Origin: an uncultured Clostridium sp.
Lineage (GTDB): Bacteria > Bacillota > Clostridia > TANB77 > CAG-508
NCBI GenBank assembly: GCA_947646915.1
Contig: CANSII010000005.1
Coordinates: 1,171 to 65,170 of the forward strand
DNA length: 64,000 nt
Direction: 5' to 3'
A program made the translations under genes and the position numbers. The notes beneath the pieces were generated by a model that was given only the letters and a program-made list of their open reading frames with translations, made no database searches and had not been told where the DNA came from. Shown one piece after another: positions 1-9,026 of this stretch (positions are counted from its first letter, which is position 1; every line of letters starts with the position of its first letter).

Positions 1-85
1 TAATATATAATTGTAACTTGAACAAAGATAGAGCATGTGAACAAAGTTAAAAGGTTATAAAAGTTTAATCATGCTCTTTATGTTC

Positions 86-382
86 CTATTTATAAATTGG
101 AATCTTTATTTTTTCCCCCTCATCTAATATTGAATTTGATAAATTGTTTATATTTTTTAATTCACTTACAACTTCCCTAATATCTTTATTTTCAAAATAC
201 TTGTTATTGGAAATTTGTTGTTCAGCAATGCTCCATAAAGTATCTCCTGAATACACATAATCTTCTTTAAAACTAATTTCAACTTTTGAATATGTATTTT
301 TAGAAAAAACTATCAATGCTCCTATAATAATTATTATTATACTAATTGTTCTTATAAATTTTCCTTTATTTACTACTTTCAC
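86..382 (-). CDS. LysM-domain, membrane-anchored protein, YneA-like (SOS cell-division inhibitor family)
   Basis: 98-aa ORF with a GTG start and AAGGGGG RBS. N-terminal hydrophobic anchor (IIIIIIGALIVF) followed by LysM core SGDTLWSIAEQ...GEKIKIP, the same layout as B. subtilis YneA. Confidence 0.55.
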   Translation of the reverse strand: MKVVNKGKFIRTISIIIIIIGALIVFSKNTYSKVEISFKEDYVYSGDTLWSIAEQQISNNKYFENKDIREVVSELKNINNLSNSILDEGEKIKIPIYK

Positions 383-402
383 TACAATTACCCCCTTTTG
401 GT

Positions 403-435
403 AGCAAACATATTATTTGGGAATACATGTTTGCT
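403..435 (-). promoter_or_regulatory. 9-bp perfect inverted repeat AGCAAACAT-N15-ATGTTTGCT about 20 nt upstream of the LysM gene start (operator or 5'UTR hairpin)
   Basis: Inverted repeat read directly. The inner part GAATACATGTTTG resembles a degenerate GAAC-N4-GTTC LexA box. Confidence 0.3.
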
Positions 436-512
436 TGTTGATATGATTATAAGCGAACATTTATTTTTTGTCAATAGTTTTTTTTATTTTTTTATTATAT
501 ATTCTATAATAC

Positions 513-568
513 TAGAGAAATTGCTGATTTATAATATTTTATAATATTATAAATCAGCAATTTCTCTA
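513..568 (-). terminator. 26-bp perfect hairpin downstream of the 627..1541 gene
   Basis: TAGAGAAATTGCTGATTTATAATATT / AATATTATAAATCAGCAATTTCTCTA with a 4-nt loop, located just after the stop codon of the minus-strand gene. Confidence 0.5.
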
Positions 569-626
569 AAGTATAAAAATAAAATAATTAAATAATAACA
601 CAAACATTACTCGTTAAAATTACTAA

Positions 627-1541
627 TTATCCATTAAGATTTAATTTATGTTTTGTAAAATCAAACTTTTTAGGCTCATGAATTTTTAAATAATGAGATG
701 GAATATCTTTCAATAAGCCTGAAATATATATAATGTTCCCATTAACATCAGTAACCTTAATATTAGGGAAAGTTCTAATCATTTTCCTATCTCCCCAATA
801 TTTATAAATAAAATTAGATAATTTTTCATTATTATATATTTTTTCATATTGTATATGAACTGCCTCTTTATTTGGTACATCTAAATCATTTTGAACGATC
901 ATTCTTATCAAAAAATAAGACATTGCAATACCTGTTATAATACAATCAATAAATAGTATAATTATAGTTGATAAAGTTAGTATTCTTAAAGATTTTATAG
1001 AAACTTTTGATTTTATCCAATTAATTAATTTATCTATTTTAGTATTAAAAGAAACTATTAAATATAATGCTAAAAATCCCCAAAATATTGAAAAATACAC
1101 ACAGATTCTTCCATTTATATTAAGTGGCATATCTGAATAATCCCACCATTTAACATGTAATATCAGTTCTCCTATCAAGCTTACTACATATTCTATAATA
1201 GAGCCTAATAAAAAACCTCCAAAAAATAAAATATTATATCTTTTATTATATTTGTGTAAAAATATTATCATTAAAGAAGCACCTAATCCATAAATTGCAC
1301 ATACTGGGCCATATATAAAGCTTTGCCTACTTTCCCAAACACCTTTCGTTATTATTCCAAATATTGTTTCTATGATATATCCAACAACACTATAAATGAT
1401 AAAATATGCGAAAATTCTCCATATACTTAATCCCATTATAGTAAAAGTTTTTTTATTATCTTTTGTTGAAGTATTTATTTTTTCTTCATTTATTATTCCA
1501 TTTTCTGTTGTATTCTCTGACATCAAATTTCCAACCTCCAA
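627..1541 (-). CDS. polytopic membrane protein, PF06541-like (CmpB / 'putative ABC-transporter type IV' family)
   Basis: Multiple TM segments and the family-typical WWDYSDMPLNINGRICV motif. The true start may be an internal Met. Confidence 0.5.
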   Translation of the reverse strand: MEVGNLMSENTTENGIINEEKINTSTKDNKKTFTIMGLSIWRIFAYFIIYSVVGYIIETIFGIITKGVWESRQSFIYGPVCAIYGLGASLMIIFLHKYNKRYNILFFGGFLLGSIIEYVVSLIGELILHVKWWDYSDMPLNINGRICVYFSIFWGFLALYLIVSFNTKIDKLINWIKSKVSIKSLRILTLSTIIILFIDCIITGIAMSYFLIRMIVQNDLDVPNKEAVHIQYEKIYNNEKLSNFIYKYWGDRKMIRTFPNIKVTDVNGNIIYISGLLKDIPSHYLKIHEPKKFDFTKHKLNLNG

Positions 1542-1551
1542 CTAATTAAAT

Positions 1552-3339
1552 TTAAAGTATTTTTAATATATTTTCTAATTCTTCTATTTTTCTGTTATAA
1601 AAATCTATAGTATTATTATATGTTTCAATACTTTCTAAATCTACATCAACCATTTTTAATAAATCTATTGATTTTTTACTACAACCTTGTTTTAACATTT
1701 CTATATATTTTTCTACATAACCATCTTCTTTATTCAAAATTTTTGTGGCAATTGAGATTGCAGCTGATATTCCTGTAGCATATTTATAAACATAAAAATC
1801 ACTATAAAAATGAGGAATACGTTCCCATTCATATTTTATTTGTTCATCAATTATTATTTTACTACCAAAATATTTTTCATTTAATTTATAATAAATATTA
1901 TTTAAGTCATCTCTAGAAAGTGTCTCATTATTTTCTATTTTATCATGAACAATCTTTTCAAACTCTGCAAACATAGCTTGCCTGAAAAATGTAGCTCTAA
2001 TCATTTCTAATAATTCATATAATAATTCTACTTTTTTAGTATCATCTTTTTCATTTTTAATTTGATAATCACTTAATAAAATTTCATTTACAGTCGAAGC
2101 TACTTCAGCAACCATTATTGTATAATTTGCGTCAATTACACTCTGATTTTTATTTGAGTAATATGAATGCATACTATGCCCTAATTCATGTGCTATTGTG
2201 CTTACATCTCTTTTGCTATTAACAAAATTCATTAATACATATGGATGAACACCATATACTCCCATACTATATGCTCCACCTTTTTTATTTGGCTTTTCAT
2301 ATACATCTATCCAATTATTTTCAAAAGCTTCTTGTAATTTTTCTGTATACTCTTTTCCTAATATTTGTAAAGCATTTAAAACTTCATTTTTAGCTTCTTC
2401 AAATGTTATACTGTCCTTTTCTTTTTGAAATGGATTTACATATAAATCATACATGTGCATTTCTGATAAATTTAACATTTTCTTTTTTATATTTATAAAT
2501 TTATGATTAACATCTAAATTTTTATTTACTGCTTCTATTAAAGCCTCATATACTTTTATACTTGCATCATCTTGAATTACAGCTTGTTCTAAACTTGTTT
2601 TATATTTTCTTATTTTTGCAGTTGTTGATTTTGCTTTAACATTTGTTATATACATTTCTGTAATTGTATTTACAAATTCGCTATATTTCTTATACATTAA
2701 TTCAAATGCTTGTTTCCTGATATCTTGATTTTGACTTTTTAAATATATTGAGTATGTACTATCTGTTAATTCTACTTCTTCCCCATTTTCATTTATTAAT
2801 TTACCAAATTTGATTTCTGTGTTTGTTAGCGTATCATATGTATTTTCTGCTGCAGATATTATTTCTGAATAATTTGCTAATAAATTTTCCGCTTCTTTTG
2901 ATAATGTATGTTGTTTTTCTTTCAAAATATCTCTTATATCTCTTGAATATTTTTGTAATCTGTAATCATTCTCTAAATATTCTTCGATTTTAGTTTCATC
3001 TGCATATGTAATTTCAGGTGTAACAAAAGATGTTGCAACATTAAATTCTGTTCCTAAAGCTTCCACTTCTTTAAATAGCTTAATTCCTTCTTGATTAGAC
3101 ATATCTAAATGATATTTTAACATTCCATAAGCATATAACTTTTCGAATATTTCTAATGTTTTCTCATATAAATTATAAAATTTATATAAATTGTCTGATG
3201 TTTTACATAGTGTTCCTTCCATTTCTTTTATTTGTTTTAGTATTTGTTTTATTTCATTTTTTGATTTGTTATATTCTTCTTCATTTTTAAATATGTCTTG
3301 TAAGTTCCAATTATATTTTTGATTTTCAACTTCTTTCAA
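1552..3339 (-). CDS. pepF: oligoendopeptidase F (M3B metallopeptidase)
   Basis: 595 aa with zinc motif HELGHSMH and PepF-like length and sequence throughout. Confidence 0.9.
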   Translation of the reverse strand: MKEVENQKYNWNLQDIFKNEEEYNKSKNEIKQILKQIKEMEGTLCKTSDNLYKFYNLYEKTLEIFEKLYAYGMLKYHLDMSNQEGIKLFKEVEALGTEFNVATSFVTPEITYADETKIEEYLENDYRLQKYSRDIRDILKEKQHTLSKEAENLLANYSEIISAAENTYDTLTNTEIKFGKLINENGEEVELTDSTYSIYLKSQNQDIRKQAFELMYKKYSEFVNTITEMYITNVKAKSTTAKIRKYKTSLEQAVIQDDASIKVYEALIEAVNKNLDVNHKFINIKKKMLNLSEMHMYDLYVNPFQKEKDSITFEEAKNEVLNALQILGKEYTEKLQEAFENNWIDVYEKPNKKGGAYSMGVYGVHPYVLMNFVNSKRDVSTIAHELGHSMHSYYSNKNQSVIDANYTIMVAEVASTVNEILLSDYQIKNEKDDTKKVELLYELLEMIRATFFRQAMFAEFEKIVHDKIENNETLSRDDLNNIYYKLNEKYFGSKIIIDEQIKYEWERIPHFYSDFYVYKYATGISAAISIATKILNKEDGYVEKYIEMLKQGCSKKSIDLLKMVDVDLESIETYNNTIDFYNRKIEELENILKIL

Positions 3340-3566
3340 TTAAATTCCTCCTTCTTATCAATAATATGTATTTTACCATAGTATTAATTAATTTTCTATA
3401 GTATTTTTTATTTAATTTAAAAGGTTAATATCAACCCATTACAGTTCCTAATGAAAAAAATATTATAAAAGATTGAAATATATTTGGTAGTGAACTGTAA
3501 AATCAAACTATTAACTATTAAGATAAATTTTTCATATAATATATAGATGTCGAATGAAAGGAGGTA

Positions 3567-4155
3567 TTGTTGAAATTGGAAGTAAAAGATAAAAAAATTG
3601 GTTTTGTTTTTACAGGTTCTTTTTGCACATTTAGTAAAACAATTCCAAAAATGAAAGAATTAATAAAAAAAGGTGCTGAAGTTATTCCAATAATGTCTTT
3701 TAATAGTTACAATATGGATACTAAATTTGGAAAAGCTGAAGATTTTATAAATGAAATTCAAGAGTTAACAGGTAATGAAATTATTCATACAATACAAGGT
3801 GCTGAACCAATTGGTCCAAAAAGATTGACTGATATTATGGTAGTTAGTCCTTGTTCAGGTAATACTATGTCTAAATTAGCTTATGATATTATTGATACTC
3901 CTGCTACTATGGCTGTTAAATCTCATTTACGTAATAATCTGCCTGTTGTTATTGCTCCTTCTACAAATAATGGTCTTAGTCGGAAATGCTGTTAGTATTG
4001 CTTATTTACTTAATAGAAAAAATTATTATTTTGTTCCTTTTAGACAAGATAATCCAATTACTAAACCTCGTTCAATTGTTTTTGATACAGAATATCTTAT
4101 AAAAACAATTGAATTTGCTCTTGATGGTGAACAAATTCAACCAATATTGCTTTAG
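3567..4155 (+). CDS. dpaB: dipicolinate synthase subunit B (flavoprotein), interrupted by a 1-nt insertion at 3981
   Basis: GFVFTGSFCTF...VSPCSGNTMSKLA...VIAPSTNNGLS then, after skipping C3981, GNAVSIAYLLNRKNYYFVPFRQDNPITKP. This is collinear with B. subtilis SpoVFB. The ORF-track pieces 3567..3995 and 3883..4155 join. Confidence 0.8.
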
Positions 4156-4207
4156 TGAATTTGTATACAAATGTTATTTTATGTAAGTATATTTATATAG
4201 TATAAGT

Positions 4208-4242
4208 AAAAGTACCAAAAAACTTTGGTACTTTATTTTTTT
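4208..4242. terminator. bidirectional rho-independent terminator between convergent dpaB and the HTH-repeat gene
   Basis: Stem AAAGTACCAAA / TTTGGTACTTT followed by a T-run. Confidence 0.65.
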
Positions 4243-4272
4243 CTAAATATTAATCATATTGATCTAAATTAT

Positions 4273-5857
4273 CTATCTGCAAAAATTTAAAAAGTCTAAT
4301 TGTTTACTATTGTTAAAAATGATACTCACTTCTGATGAACTAATACCTAACACTTTACCTATATCAGCATTATTCATACCTTGCTTTTTTAAATCCTGTA
4401 TTTGAGGAAGTAAAGCTAATTTTTTCATCCATCCAATATACTCAGCTAACATCTCATAATGTTTAGTATATCTTAATATATCAGCAAGTTCAATTGCAAT
4501 ACTTGTAGCAGCTTTAAGACCTTCCTTTTTACTTGCATTCAAAATAAGAGCTTTTATACAATCTCTATTAGCAAATTCAGGATAATTATATAAAGTATTT
4601 AAAATAATTTCTATATCCTTATCAGATATATTAATATCTAAGTTATGTAAGGCAGTTACTATCTCAATAAATTTTTTTCTTCCTTCTGTAGATATATTTT
4701 TCTTGCCTTCTAACTCTAATTCATCTTCTTCTCTTGCAATTTTACTATATTTTTTATATTTCTCAATATAACTTTTTATCTTTTCTGCTCTCTCTTTCAT
4801 TAACTTTTTAGCTTCTTCTTGTGATATTATTCCTTTTTGTATTAATTTTCTTTTTTGATACAATACCCTATGCATAGTTAGACTTTTTGTTCTATCACTT
4901 TGAACAATTTCTGTTGGAGTATAGCCTTGTTTTACTTTTTCTAAAACATATTGCTCTTGTTCAGCTAAAGGCATTTCTATATCTTTAGATAGTGTTTTTT
5001 TAAAACTATTTTTTGCATTTTCTGTTACTTTCTCTCGAGTTATAGCACCTACATTAATAAGTTCGTTTATCATTTGAGTAGTTTCTCCATAATCAAGTTC
5101 TGGTCTTAACTCTCGTATTTGTTTGTGAGTTATTCCTTTATTTATACAATCCTTAACAAATTTCAAATCTTCTTGCTTTTTTGTTTCTCTTGCTATATTT
5201 ATTTCTTCTACTGTTATTAATTTTTCATTTTTAATATCTTCCATATAAATATTAAAATCATACGATGTTATATTTAGTTGTTTATTGATCTTATAATTTT
5301 TCAAACCTTTTCTCAAAAGATGAACAATTTGATCTCTTTTTTTAATATATTCTAAATCTGTTTTATCTATTGATGAATTATCAATTTCTATAATACTTAC
5401 TTTTTGTATTTCATCTCTTTGGAGTTTTCCGTTCTTCTATCAGTTCATTTATATGCCAGTCTACAGTATATTTATTCATTTTCAATAAATTAGAAATTTG
5501 TAATTTAGTATATTTTTGTTTTACTAATTTAAAAATTGTTTCCCTATTTTCTAAAAATTGTTTATGTTTTATTTCAGCTTTCCCCGTTTTTGTTGATTTT
5601 CTAACTTTTGTTTTATTTAAACCTTGAGCCGATGGATGTTCCTTATAATATTGTGCAGAAGCTGATTTAATCTCACCTTCTGTTAAAATACCTTCCTTAA
5701 TTAAAGTATTTCGCATATTAGTAACATATGTTTTTGTATAGCCAAATCGTTCAATCATCCTGCGCATTGGAAGCCCCTCTTTAAACGATTTTAATATTAC
5801 TTTCTTATCTTTTTCATATTTTTTTGTTTCAACCATGTTCTTATTTGGTTTACTCAT
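4273..5857 (-). CDS. tandem helix-turn-helix repeat protein (about 525 aa when joined), interrupted by a 1-nt insertion at plus coordinate 5431
   Basis: ORFs 5411..5857 and 4273..5316 join through an open frame when the C of gaa-C-gga is skipped. The product has 5-6 modules of about 40 aa of the form KxGxxxxxI...LIxxGxIxxEEI. Confidence 0.6.
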
Positions 5858-5952
5858 AAAAATTTCTCCATTCTATATTTAAAATACTTTTTTAACATTC
5901 TATTACATTTACTTTGTGCTTAAAAGTTTCTAATCTCCATGAAATAGTGAAA

Positions 5953-6097
5953 GTGATCTCACAGATATCATCATGTGAGACCACCTTTACCAAAAGAGGG
6001 GGATACAACAAGTATAACTTAGGAGGCAATATGTTTAAAGGATCCTCCCCCTCCTATTGGTATAACCAAAATATGTAAAGTTTCCAAAAGGAAACGT
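5953..6097 (-). promoter_or_regulatory. GC-rich structured leader or candidate ncRNA upstream of the HTH-repeat gene
   Basis: Three hairpins: GTTTCC-AAAA-GGAAAC (6080..6095); a long stem CCAAAAGAGGGGGAT (5990..6004) pairing with ATCCTCCCCCTCCTATTGG (6042..6060); and TCTCACA/TGTGAGA (5955..5982). The G5/C5 runs stand out in AT-rich DNA. Confidence 0.4.
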
Positions 6098-6103
6098 ATA
6101 ATT

Positions 6104-6133
6104 ATTATACATTATAATACATAATTATGTCAA
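6104..6133 (-). promoter_or_regulatory. sigma-A-type promoter TTGACA-N18-TATAAT driving the structured leader and HTH gene
   Basis: Minus-strand TTGACA at 6133..6128 and TATAAT at 6109..6104, read directly. Confidence 0.5.
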
Positions 6134-6143
6134 GCTTTTTTGA

Positions 6144-7862
6144 CTATTTTTTCAAAATTAATTTGATTTCTTCATTTCTTTTAACTTTTTTAGTAGTAGT
6201 TTTAATCAATTCTTTATCAGTCAAAATCATATTAGTAATATGTTTGTATCTTGGAACAGTCTCATTAACCTCTTTTTTAATTCTATTCCAAATTATATCT
6301 TTTATTTCATCTTCAGATATATCTCCAAATTTTTCATAAACTTCATCTTTATTATAAACAACCTTTACAGATAATTTTAAATCATTTTTATCATTTTCAT
6401 CAGGAAGACCAAAAACCATAGATTCTTCTATCAATTCAATTCTATTAACTAGTGTCTCTAATTCTTCTGGGAAAATCTTTTTGCCATTTTTTAAAACAAT
6501 CATATTCTTCTCTCTGCCTGTTATAAAAATAAAACCATCTTTATCAATATATGCTAAATCTCCTGTATGAAACCAACCATCTTTTAAAACTTTTTGAGTT
6601 TCTTCTTCATTCTCGTAATATCCAAGCATTACATTTGGTCCTTTTGCAATAAGTTCACCGATTCCATTACTATCCTGATTTATTATTTTTACTTCTACAT
6701 TTTCCATTGGAACACCTATTGATCCTACACGAGCTTTATAATCATTTTCAGCAACTAAAACTGGAGATGTTTCTGTAAGACCATATCCTTGAACCATTCT
6801 AATTCCTAAATTAATAAATCCTTGTTCAACTTTTGGATCTAGTGGTGCTCCACCTGAAATTACAAATCTCATTTTTCCACCAAGTTGATCTATTACTTGT
6901 TTGAATAGTTTTCTTCTTATGTCGATATGAAATTTTAACAAAAAGTTACTTATTTTTATAGCATTTTTTATTAGTTTTGTTTTTCCTTGTTTTTCAATTT
7001 CTTTTTGAATTCTATTATAAATTGCTTCGACTAATAAAGGCACTCCTACAAACACTGATATTTCATATTCTTTTAAATTTTGAGATACATATCTCAATCC
7101 ATCGGGGAATGATGTTCTTACTCCAAATGCAAGCATTACAATTAATGCAGTTGATCCAAATATATGATGAAATGGTAAAAATGCTAAATTTGAATCTGTA
7201 TCATAAATACCTTCTGCTTTTTGCATTGCATATACATTTGATGCAATATTATTTTGAGATAACATTACAGCCTTTGATTTTGATGTTGTTCCAGATGTGA
7301 ATAGTAATATTCCCATTTCATATGAATTTATCTTTGTTGAAATGTATTCTTTATTTCCATTTTCTAATAATGTTTTTCCTTCTTCTTTCAAATTGTGTAT
7401 ATCCTTATATCCTTCTAATTTTGACATACATATAAATTCCTTTAAATTGCTATTATTTCTTAATTTTAGTTGTTCTATTTTTTCAATATACTTTTCATCA
7501 AAAATTATACAATCAGCTTTGCTTCTTATTAATGAACTTTCTAATTCATCTATTTGTAAATCTTTATCTAATGGAATTGATATTATTCCTCCTAAAAGAT
7601 TTGTTAAATGTGCTAATGCCCATTCATATCTATTTCGTCCAATAATAGCTATTCTTTTGTTTTTTAATCCTAAGTCATATAATTTAGTACCTAACGCATT
7701 TATGTGCTCCAATAGCCTTTTATATGTGATATTTTCGTATCTTTGATTTTTTTCTTCTTTATGTTTTATTATAAATGCTATATTATCTGCATATTTCTCA
7801 GCTGAATTATAAATTATTTCTTTTATGTTTTTAAACAACTCGACATCTTTGTTTTTTTTCAT
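6144..7862 (-). CDS. AMP-forming long-chain acyl-CoA synthetase (FadD-like)
   Basis: 572 aa with AMP-binding motifs TSGTTSKSKAVMLS, GYGLTET and TGDLAYIDKDGFIFITGREK. Confidence 0.85.
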   Translation of the reverse strand: MKKNKDVELFKNIKEIIYNSAEKYADNIAFIIKHKEEKNQRYENITYKRLLEHINALGTKLYDLGLKNKRIAIIGRNRYEWALAHLTNLLGGIISIPLDKDLQIDELESSLIRSKADCIIFDEKYIEKIEQLKLRNNSNLKEFICMSKLEGYKDIHNLKEEGKTLLENGNKEYISTKINSYEMGILLFTSGTTSKSKAVMLSQNNIASNVYAMQKAEGIYDTDSNLAFLPFHHIFGSTALIVMLAFGVRTSFPDGLRYVSQNLKEYEISVFVGVPLLVEAIYNRIQKEIEKQGKTKLIKNAIKISNFLLKFHIDIRRKLFKQVIDQLGGKMRFVISGGAPLDPKVEQGFINLGIRMVQGYGLTETSPVLVAENDYKARVGSIGVPMENVEVKIINQDSNGIGELIAKGPNVMLGYYENEEETQKVLKDGWFHTGDLAYIDKDGFIFITGREKNMIVLKNGKKIFPEELETLVNRIELIEESMVFGLPDENDKNDLKLSVKVVYNKDEVYEKFGDISEDEIKDIIWNRIKKEVNETVPRYKHITNMILTDKELIKTTTKKVKRNEEIKLILKK

Positions 7863-8068
7863 AATATTACCTACCTTTTGTTATTATAATATAGTATTTT
7901 TAGAAAAATGTCATTAATCGTAGTGGTCAGTTAATATAATATGATAGTCATAAATTTTTTTAATAACACATATATTCTATTAATAAGTTACCATTCACAT
8001 CTAATATAATGTAATAAATTTTTAAAATGTGAGTGTAAAACTAATAAGTATATAAAAGAGGGTTCTAT

Positions 8069-8621
8069 ATGTTTGTTTTTAATGTAAAAGTAAATCGGAA
8101 GTAAACTATTTAAACAATTTTTTATAGGAGTTATAATACTTTTAATATGTATTTTAGGAATTGTAATGTATAGAGTTTTTGCAGGAGCTAATAACTCAAC
8201 TAGAGAAGACGCTTGTATTAATAAAAATGGTGTATCACATATATCTGCTAAAAATTATACAAATATTTTAAAATCAGTTCACGAAAATATTGATTCTTTT
8301 GTTGGAAAAAAAATAAATTTTACAGGTTATGTTTATAGGGTTTTAGATTTACAGGATAATCAGTTCGTTCTTGCTAGAGATATGATTATTAATTCAAATT
8401 CTCAAACTGTTGTAGTTGGTTTTTTATGTGAATGTGATACCGCTAAAGATTTTTCAAATGATTCTTGGATTGAGATTACAGGGGAAATAATAAAAGGTAC
8501 ATATCATGGTGATATGCCTATTATAAAAATTACTGATATAAAATCTGTTGATAAACCTTCTAAAGATGAATATGTTTATCCTCCTGATGATAGTTATATT
8601 CCAACTACTGGAGTTTTGTAA
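8069..8621 (+). CDS. DUF1980/TIGR03943-like membrane protein, N-terminus separated by a 1-nt insertion at 8096
   Basis: GAGGG RBS plus ATG at 8069 gives MFVFNVKVN. Skipping C8096 continues as GSKLFKQFFIGVIILLICILGIV, running into annotated ORF 8166..8621. The TM segment has no canonical start codon of its own. The C-terminal region VVGFLCECDTA...SWIEITGEI is DUF1980-like. Confidence 0.55.
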
Positions 8622-8622
8622 A

Positions 8623-8660
8623 ATGTAAGGGCTACTAAAAAAGTAGCCCTTACATTTTTT
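8623..8660 (+). terminator. rho-independent terminator
   Basis: ATGTAAGGGCTAC-loop-GTAGCCCTTACAT followed by TTTTTT. Confidence 0.8.
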
Positions 8661-8805
8661 ATTGTGGAATCAAGAGCTTTTTTAAAATTTCAATTACTTT
8701 TCCTTCTTCTGGAAGATTTTCAAATTCTTCGCATTTGAAATCCTCCCATCCTCCTTGATTCTTCAAAAAAAATTCTACTAGTTCCAATACATAATCTGTC
8801 TTCAT
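8659..8805 (-). CDS. hypothetical 48-aa protein (MKTDYVLELVEFFLKNQGGWEDFKCEEFENLPEEGKVIEILKKLLIPQ)
   Basis: ATG preceded by AGAAAGAGG. The ORF is below the ORF-track size cutoff and no homology is recognised. Confidence 0.25.
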   Translation of the reverse strand: MKTDYVLELVEFFLKNQGGWEDFKCEEFENLPEEGKVIEILKKLLIPQ

Positions 8806-8907
8806 AAAGCCTCTTTCTACCATTTACAAATGGTTTTAATCCAGAGTTTTTCAGTTTCTTTTATATATTAACATAATTTCAGTAAAAAGTAAAGTTTTTT
8901 TAATTTA

Positions 8908-8981
8908 TTTAAGTTTCGACTTTTTGAAAAAAAATATAATATTTAGAAAAAAATATATTTTGCAAAATACCAAAACTTAAA
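8908..8981. repeat. R4 repeat copy (TTTAAGTTTCGR-CTTTTTG ... inverted partner)
   Basis: TTTAAGTTTCGACTTTTTG (8908..8926) pairs with CAAAATACCAAAACTTAAA (8963..8981). The left half and spacer recur at 58174 and 62050. Confidence 0.4.
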
Positions 8982-9026
8982 ATTTCAAATTATTCATAAT
9001 TTTCTGTAATATTTTTTAATAACAGT

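Noticed and set aside
6031-6078. A 15-codon plus-strand ORF (MFKGSSPSYWYNQNM) behind AGGAGG.
   Set aside because: The AGGAGG and the C-rich run are better explained as paired arms of the minus-strand leader structure. The SD spacing is only 4 nt, and the ORF is antisense to all neighbouring genes.
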